A DNA stretch of 63,359 nucleotides, counting the filler, from Collodictyon triciliatum (taxonomy: Eukaryota), in NCBI GenBank assembly GCA_043381765.1. It is 4 parts of 4 records of this genome, joined end to end, with 100 filler letters (N's around TTAATTAATTAA, not from the genome) between each part and the next. Parts side by side here need not be neighbours in the genome. Positions count along the whole stretch, not along the records: positions 48,318 to 62,160 come from JBHJMP010001124.1; positions 62,261 to 63,359 come from JBHJMP010001277.1; 2 more parts are not named here. The stretch is one strand, 5' to 3'. The first letter of the stretch is position 1; each line of letters begins with the position of its first letter. Under the pieces are notes generated by a model, which saw nothing but the letters and a program-made list of their open reading frames with translations, did no database searches and was not told the origin of the DNA. Of this stretch, positions 56,118-63,359 are shown one piece after another. The position numbers were made by a program, and so were the translations under genes.

Positions 56118-56695
56118 TGTGCTGTCCCGCGGCCTTAGCTTTAGTCGCTGTGTATCTGCGGATGGGCGGCGTTGAGGCTCTGTGGTGGCGCAAACATCAC
56201 GGAGGTTCCGTCTGCTAGTGTCATGCCCGGGTTCTGTAATGTACGCGAGCGAGCCGGCTGTCGTTCAGACTTTGGCGTTTGGCTGCTCCTTGTTGGGTGA
56301 CATTTTGCAGAAGGCCGGCGCTTAATATGGTATGAATGCAAAATACAACGGTATTATAAATACGGTAAAAATGAACCATTGTAATCATACCGAATATGTA
56401 CGCGCCGGCTTTGTTAAATTTTCTCAAGGGCAGAGGCGAAAGCAAGCGACAGAGACAGGAGTCGCGGGGCCTCGTGCATCAGATTCCCTGCTATCATCGA
56501 TGGAGCTTGGTTTGCATGGTTCTTTGATTAATCCCCACTGATATATTGTGAGCCAAGCAATATTGAATAACAACGAGTTCTTTTACCTAATCCTGGTTGA
56601 TGGGACGACAACTAACCGAACTGTCCGCATGGGCACGGTAATGCTTTGAATATAAGATTATGGCAATATGAGATGCACAACATTCAGGCATATGA

Positions 56696-56810
<115 letters not shown>

Positions 56811-58293
56811 ATAACAAAAAAAAAACTGATTTCACATTTTAGCCACGCACTGCATGTTCGTTAAAAGGCTCGGAAAGTGTTTGACTCTAAGGAGCAGATA
56901 GCTGAAGGAAAACAGACAACCCCCCTCCAAAACTTTTATCTCCCTATTTTTGTGCTCTTTGGCGATTGATAAATGTTTTCGCTTTTTTTTTTTTTAATGG
57001 GTCATCCGAGTTTAATGGGACTGAATTTTTGGGGGCAATCATGTTTCATCCAAGAAAATGAAAATCCTAAAAATCTGGAAATATCTTCATAGCCTGAACA
57101 ATGTTGAATATTACCATGAATGAACCCGTTTTGTGACTGAAATACTATCGAAAATCCTCATTTTATTTTTCTCCTGCGCCACGAATCCTGCAAAATGATT
57201 CCAAAAGAGAACAATCGTCTTCTCTACCAAAGAAATGATAAGACTTCATAGCTACCAGGTCACCTCCATGAGTGGAAAGCATGCTAACCATGTTATGGCA
57301 TGTGTGCGTAATAGATGTTTTGAAAGTATGTCGCTCTGTCATTTTACCGGCATAATTTTTTTCATGGGAATAGATATCATTCAACGAAAGCCAAACGGTG
57401 ATAGTTTCAATGTGCATACTAGTATTTCCTCCTTTTACATTTGCTTGTTCAAGTGTTTTAGCAGCTTATTTTCTAAAATCAGCCAGATTAAAAAGATGGT
57501 ATGAGCTAAGCATGGCAAGGACACCCCCAGCAACGTCTTTTTTCCATCTTTTTCTTTTTTTCTATTCGGTGTTAACCATCCGCCCCGTTTAAACTGCAGA
57601 GGTAGTATTGCTAGGACATAATGATCAGCGTTTGCCATATTGAAAGGAAGAAAGTGGGGTCACTGCACACAGCAAACAATTTGATGTGAGCTCAAACCCT
57701 ATGTACTATTGAATCTTGAATGCCAATCAGTATTGTGGCCGCACTCAGACGCACTCCGCCGTTTATACCACACCATGGTTTAGAATTATGCTCCGCGCTG
57801 CATTTGTCGCAAGAGCAATAGAAAACAAAGAATCCAGAGCGGGCCGCGATCCGTCAAAGGCTCCGCAAGTTGCAGCCAGCTCATAAGACCCAGGTCGGAC
57901 ACAGAAAATCCCTGAGTCGCACTCAAGTCCAGAAAACCGCGTTGTGATTGAGCGTTTCAGGCAGGAGGGCGTCTATGTGCGAGAACGCCTTCTCCTCCTT
58001 CCATCCCACCACACATTTCTTCGACTTTCTGCCTCTTGAAACACAAAAAACTTCAACAACGCACTCCAGGCTATCAACTGTCTTGTTCTCAACACACTTT
58101 TGTCCTTGAGGCAAAGGCGGATCTCCCCGGCTTAATTTTCTTTCTCAACCCGCTAAGTGCGAACACCAAAGGCAATATCCCTTGCAAGTCAGCTGAAACA
58201 ACAAAAACAATCACACGAAGAAAAAAAAATAATAATAATCCTTTCCGTCAAGATCGCCTGCACGCTTGAACAACAGCCTTCCAGCACAGAAAC

Positions 58294-59051
58294 ATGGAGC
58301 ATTGGGTGAATCGTGAGTGCGCTTCCTCTTCATACTCCCCACGATCCCTTTTCACGGCGTCCGAACTTTGAACCATGTTTCCCGCCAGAACGCAGTATTC
58401 GCTCACCTACAATACCCTTTGATGAAGCTCGCTTGCTTGCTCCCCCTTTTCGAAGCCGGAATAATCTGTTGATATGTTTTCTTTATTGACCCTTCTTCAA
58501 GGCTCGGTATCAATCATCACAAACGACGGTCGCAACTACCTGGTAAAGCTAGAAAGAGGATGTCAATAACATTCACAGGAAAGCACGTTTCATGATATTG
58601 GGCCTTTGTAGGGAACGATGAAAGGCTTCGACCAGCACACTAACGTAATTCTGGAAGACTGCTTCGAAGTGGAGATCACGCCAGACCAGCCAGGCTCCAA
58701 GCGGCGAATCGGCCTTTACATCGTCCGTGGAGACAACATGTATGCCTAATGCTTCTTCTTTCCCACCACATTCCAATATGTATGGCGATGTAATCCAGCA
58801 CACGAAGCATTGTGTCTGTGTGTTGTGGAACTGAAAATCTTGACTGCTTCTTCTGATACATTATCCCGCATTCGCACTGACTTTCCAAAATACAATCCAT
58901 CCGTTCCGATTCATTATCTTGCTATCTGACTATTTCTGTGCATGTGCTTCTTCACGAAAGAGCCGTCGTCGGCGAAGTGGACGAGGAAAAGGAGCGCGAG
59001 TTAGATTACGAACTTCTCAGAGGGGAAACGTTGAAGCCAGTCGTTCACTAA
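58294..59051 (+). CDS. LSM8: U6 snRNA-associated Sm-like protein LSm8, 4 exons
   Basis: Spliced MEHWVNRSVSIITNDGRNYLGTMKGFDQHTNVIL..IGLYIVRGDNIAVVGEVDEE..LKPVVH*; not in the ORF track because the exons are small. Confidence 0.92.
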
Positions 59052-59271
59052 AATAAACGACTCTTCACACGTCAATGGGGTATTGCACTGTGTCTCAGGC
59101 CCACTGGGTGCAGATCTCCCCAGAGACACCTCATGCACTGCCACATCTGATACAAAGGGTAAGAGAGAAGATAGAAAAAGAAACTGTTGTATCTAGTAAA
59201 GGAGATAAAAAAAAAAGGCAGAAAAGGAAAGGTAGAGGAGAGCAAATGTATGTGGTAAGGCGAGGTTGCTT

Positions 59272-61779
59272 TTATTCATCCGCATCATCGTTTTGTGGAG
59301 GCTTGTTGGGCTGCTCTGCGCTGTGCTGTGGATACGGCTCGATGGTCTGGATACGAGGGTCTGTGATTGCGGTTCCTACGGTGAAATGGTAAAGAGATTG
59401 GAAGTCGGAACCAGTCATGGAGCAGACAGCCTCGTGGACATCATCGTCGTGGTAGCAGCCGATTCCCGTTCCGCGGAAGCCGTGGGCCTCTGCGTGGAGA
59501 TAAAGCGACTGCCCGATGATTCCAGCCTCCCAAAAGAGTCTGCGGTAGAACCATGCGCCGTGCTGCTTCAGCGACTGTGGCAGATTGCTCAGCATCCCAA
59601 CCGAGAAGCTTCCATCCCCAGCAATGTCCTGCAAACAGCTGACTATCGACGCAGCCTCCTGGACATTGTGTTCCATCAATTGATAGAGACCAAAGTCGGT
59701 CTGCTCCCCTGTCAGCTCCTCTTCCACGGGGCTCCATAAAAGCTTCGGCATAGCCTGCTTCAGACTGGCAGTCGCCTCCTCTAACTCCTTCTCTTTGCCC
59801 CGTGTCCCGCGCACCAACATGTACAATCCAGGCTCTAGGTCTTTGACGCGATGCACAAAAACAAGAAGATGCACAAAAGGGCCGTCTTTTTGATACTTCC
59901 AAAAATTGTATAGTCCAGGCGTTCGCGAGGCTACGCAGCCGTCTATCAAGATGGACATGAACACGTCCAAAGGCATTTCACTTTTGGCTGGGTCAAAGGC
60001 AAGTGCGCTCCGACGACGACGAATAACATCTAGCAAGTCTGGGTGCGCAAAATGTTGTTGGGTATTTGTAATCGACGAATTAGATGCACCCTTTTCATCG
60101 GAATGCATACCAGACGTTTTGATGGAGGGTTCCATTGCTCCATCAGAGGTTTGCTTTACGGTATCATGAGACACCGCTTGGATAACAGGCCAATCCTTTA
60201 TGTGCTTGCTCAGAAGATTCGGAACTCCATAGCGAGATACTGGATTGAGGGAGCTAAATGTCGTGGCACCTCCAGAGAAGTCCAAGGGGATATTAGGACT
60301 TAAAAGCACCATAACTTCGCTCTCTTCGTATTGGCCTGGAGGAAACTCTTCTCGCCGATTCAGACATAGTATCGAGTCCAGTTTCTCTGTTGAGAGAGTA
60401 TCCACTAAAGAGACATCCCAACCGAGACTAGATGCAGAGACACTTAACGCGGCCAATGCATGACCTGAATTCCAAATGTGTTTTTTTTAAAAGGACTTGT
60501 CAAAAATTGAAAGAAAAAAAGCAGACATGAAAGCTTAAAAGCATTGATATTATCGTCACAGGTAAATAGAAAAGATTTCCTTTCCAGATTTATCCCTAAT
60601 ATTCCATTTTTCTTTCGGTTTCTTTCCATCGCACTGTTTTTTCAATTCATTTTACATTTATTATTTCTCTTTACTTTAAATCCATAACAACCCTACCTAT
60701 ATCGTGCTGACAATACCGAAAAGCTCGCTCACCTTAAAGACCGACGAACAAAAAAAGCATCATCAGTTGTACTCAGTGAATATCTTTTCCTTTCTTTTTT
60801 TTTTATGGTTTATCTACTTGGGATTCATGCCCAAGGTACAGAAGTCTGCAAAGCGCTGAATAATTAATTAATGCTTCATTACTAATATTTTAAATTAAGT
60901 ATTACCATATTTCCAGGCTTCTCTCCAAACAATAGAGCTCAGCCCAACAAGCACAAACTGATTGTGCCCCAAGGATGAAACGAGTGAGTCGAAGGAGCCT
61001 GGGACGTAATTCGCTCTCCTTTCAAGGGAATGGTCCTTTGCTTGGTAATGGAAAAGAGACGGGGCGTTTGTCGAATCGTGCAAAACTGGCGATATGACAT
61101 ATGCTTCAGTTGGGTGGAGGTTACCGCTGCTTGGATTAACTCGGAGGGACCACATTGAGTTTCCACTTTTCTTCCAAGCAGAAATGGAGAGGGAGTAGAA
61201 GAGAAGGTGTGATACAGACTCTAGACTGACTGCTTGGGGAGTGACTGTACGAGGACTTTGAAGTTGGGAGAAGAGCACAGGATCTCTTTCTCTGCTCTTG
61301 GGGATGGGCATTTTGATAACCTCTGTATCTTGGTACGAGCGAAACGGGTTTGGTTGGTTTGCCCTGTTATAGAAGTTTCCAAACCAAAGGTTCGTTCAGG
61401 AAAGAGTGAAAAAAAATAAAATCATAATCATAATCAAGAAAGGTTTGTCCATAAATAATCACGATGGAGATAGTTTCGGTGCGTTTGGTTCAGATGATGG
61501 TGAATGTACCAAGAGGACTTGCCAGTCTAGCGAGGTCGGGCCTTTTGCATATTGGTTGATGGCGTGCTTGGTTCTTCTGTGATAGCCGATGACATTCTGG
61601 ATGAGCTGCTCTCGAGATGCACCGGTTGAATAGAGGCGCACAGATTTCCAGCATGGCTCTACAATGCTGCACATGCAGAGTGGACGAGTCGAAGGAGTTA
61701 CGAGTTGCAAGGAACAGCGGCAAGGAGGGAGCAGAAAGATCGACTTCGGGATTGAAGATGGGAGGAAGAGACGAAGCAT
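59272..61779 (-). CDS. SagB/ThcOx-type two-domain nitroreductase with a predicted organellar presequence, 4 exons
   Basis: YHRRTKH..YAKGPTSLDWANQPNPFR, SLRVNPSSGNLHPTEAY, WREAWKYGERAFRYCQHDIGHA, IRRRRSA, YRRLFWEAGIIGQSLYLHAEA, GTGIGCYHDD, FQSLYHFTVG; the first intron is GC-AG (61522-61364). Confidence 0.9.
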
Positions 61780-62160
61780 GAATCGAGAAGAGAGATAGCT
61801 TCCACGTACACAGACAGGGTATTGTGCAGGGGATGCGGCAGAAACCTGTGTCTTAGTTGCGGGGCTAGAAGGCGTGCCATCTCTTTGCTTTCCGGGTACA
61901 AGGTTCTGTGGTTGTGTTCTGCTTGGCCGCACGCGCTTCCTGATTCTTGTGAGAGTCTGTCTTGAATCACGGTATTATATGTATGGTATATAAACCATGG
62001 TATTCCTATCTCGTTCTCAGAATGATATCTTTATTTGGTTGTGAGTCTTCGCCGAAAAAACTGTTCTGTCTTGGACATAAAAAACAAAAAAAAAACAAGA
62101 AAAACATAAAACAAAAAAGAGAACAAGAAAAACAAAAAACAAAAAACAAAAAACAAAAAA

Positions 62161-62260
62161 NNNNNNNNNNNNNNNNNNNNNNNNNNNNNNNNNNNNNNNN
62201 NNNNTTAATTAATTAANNNNNNNNNNNNNNNNNNNNNNNNNNNNNNNNNNNNNNNNNNNN
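62161..62260. other. Artificial scaffold spacer N44-TTAATTAATTAA-N44
   Basis: Same 100-bp structure as 24105-24204. Confidence 0.95.
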
Positions 62261-62699
62261 GCCACGGTCGTCCATCCGGTCGGCGCATCCACGTCCCACA
62301 CAACCAGCGTGTCCTCCTCCCAACGAGGTCGCTCCTTGTCTGCCCCGCTGCCGAACCCTACATACAGGAAAACTGCCACGGTGCCGACGCAGAAGCAGGG
62401 CTGCCGATGCAGGGAAGCCGATTCGTGCTCCAGCTGCCCTGGTCCAGACGCTGCCTATCCGCGTCGAGATGTCGTTCGTGCAGGAGTCTGGCGACTCAGC
62501 TCCGGCGGCCTTTGGAAGTCGCGATACAGAAGGGTTGACAAGCCGGCCGGCTGGATGAGATGAGATGAGATGAGATGATAAAATAAATAAATTGATTATA
62601 ACTATTTATCTATATGTTATGATAAATATAATATCATAAATAATAAATAGATAATAATAGATCTAATAATAGATAAATAAAACATACGATATAATTAAA

Positions 62700-63300
62700 T
62701 AGAATTAATAAATAGAATTAATAAATCGATTAATAAATAGGATTAATATAGATTAAGTAAATAGTAATAAATAGGACTTAATAAATAGATAAATATAATA
62801 TCATAAATAAATAAATAGATTAATAAATAGATTAATAAATAGATTAATAAATAGATTAATAAATAGATTAATAAATAGATTAATAAATAGATTAATAAAT
62901 AGATTAATCTAGAAATAATACAAGATAAATACAGATAAATACTAGATAAATACTAGATAAATACTAGATAAATACTAGATAAATACTAGATAAATACTAG
63001 ATAAATACTAGATAAATACTAGATAAATACTAGATAAATACTAGATAAATAGATAGATAAATAGATAGATAAATAGATAGATAAATAGATAGATAAAATA
63101 GAATAGATAAATAGATAAGATAAATAGATAGTAAATAGAATAGAATAAATAGATAATAAATAGAGTAGATAAATAGATAGATAAATAGATAGATAAATAG
63201 ATAGATAAATAGATAGATAAATAGATAGATAAATAGATAGATAAATAGATAGATAAATAGATAGATAAATAGATAGATAAATAGATAGATATATATAGAT
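62700..63300. repeat. AT-rich compound minisatellite: (TAAATAGATTAA)n, (TAAATACTAGA)n, (TAAATAGATAGA)n
   Basis: Successive related 11-12-bp units. Confidence 0.92.
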
Positions 63301-63359
63301 AAATAATATATAAACAATAGATATATGATATGAATGAGAGATGCTCAAGTTTGATGCGA

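Noticed and set aside
62261-62563. GC-rich exon-like fragment after the last spacer
   Set aside because: Several frames are open and none has a recognisable motif

Overview
Intron-rich eukaryotic DNA, probably from a protist (inference: it has a Vtc1-like gene, which animals and land plants lack, plus many short spliceosomal introns; the standard code fits every gene I reconstructed). The window is not contiguous. Three identical 100-bp artificial spacers (N44-TTAATTAATTAA-N44) join four separate pieces: 1-24104, 24205-48217, 48318-62160 and 62261-63359. Genes reconstructed by manual splicing: MECR (5' partial), a signal-peptide-bearing OGT-like GT41 glycosyltransferase, a large LRR + FG-GAP + GAIN/GPS-like + 7TM receptor, MSH2 (5' partial), a TPR-pentapeptide-WD40-Sel1 protein (5' partial), an M20 peptidase (3' partial), HMG-CoA lyase (5' partial), a Vtc1-like protein, CK2 beta, a RING/B-box/B-box (TRIM-like) protein, LSm8 and a SagB-type nitroreductase. 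About 28-46 kb is gene-poor and holds mobile DNA: a head-to-tail pair of non-autonomous Helitrons, short poly(A) retroposon stubs with target-site duplications, two decayed ORF1-like genes and a palindromic element. The best candidates for an undescribed system are modular, recognition-type proteins: a homogenised WD40 array with a few hypervariable codons and one-repeat-per-exon TPRs, and an adhesion-GPCR-like receptor with one-LRR-per-exon structure. Exon boundaries were read by eye, and no database searches were run.
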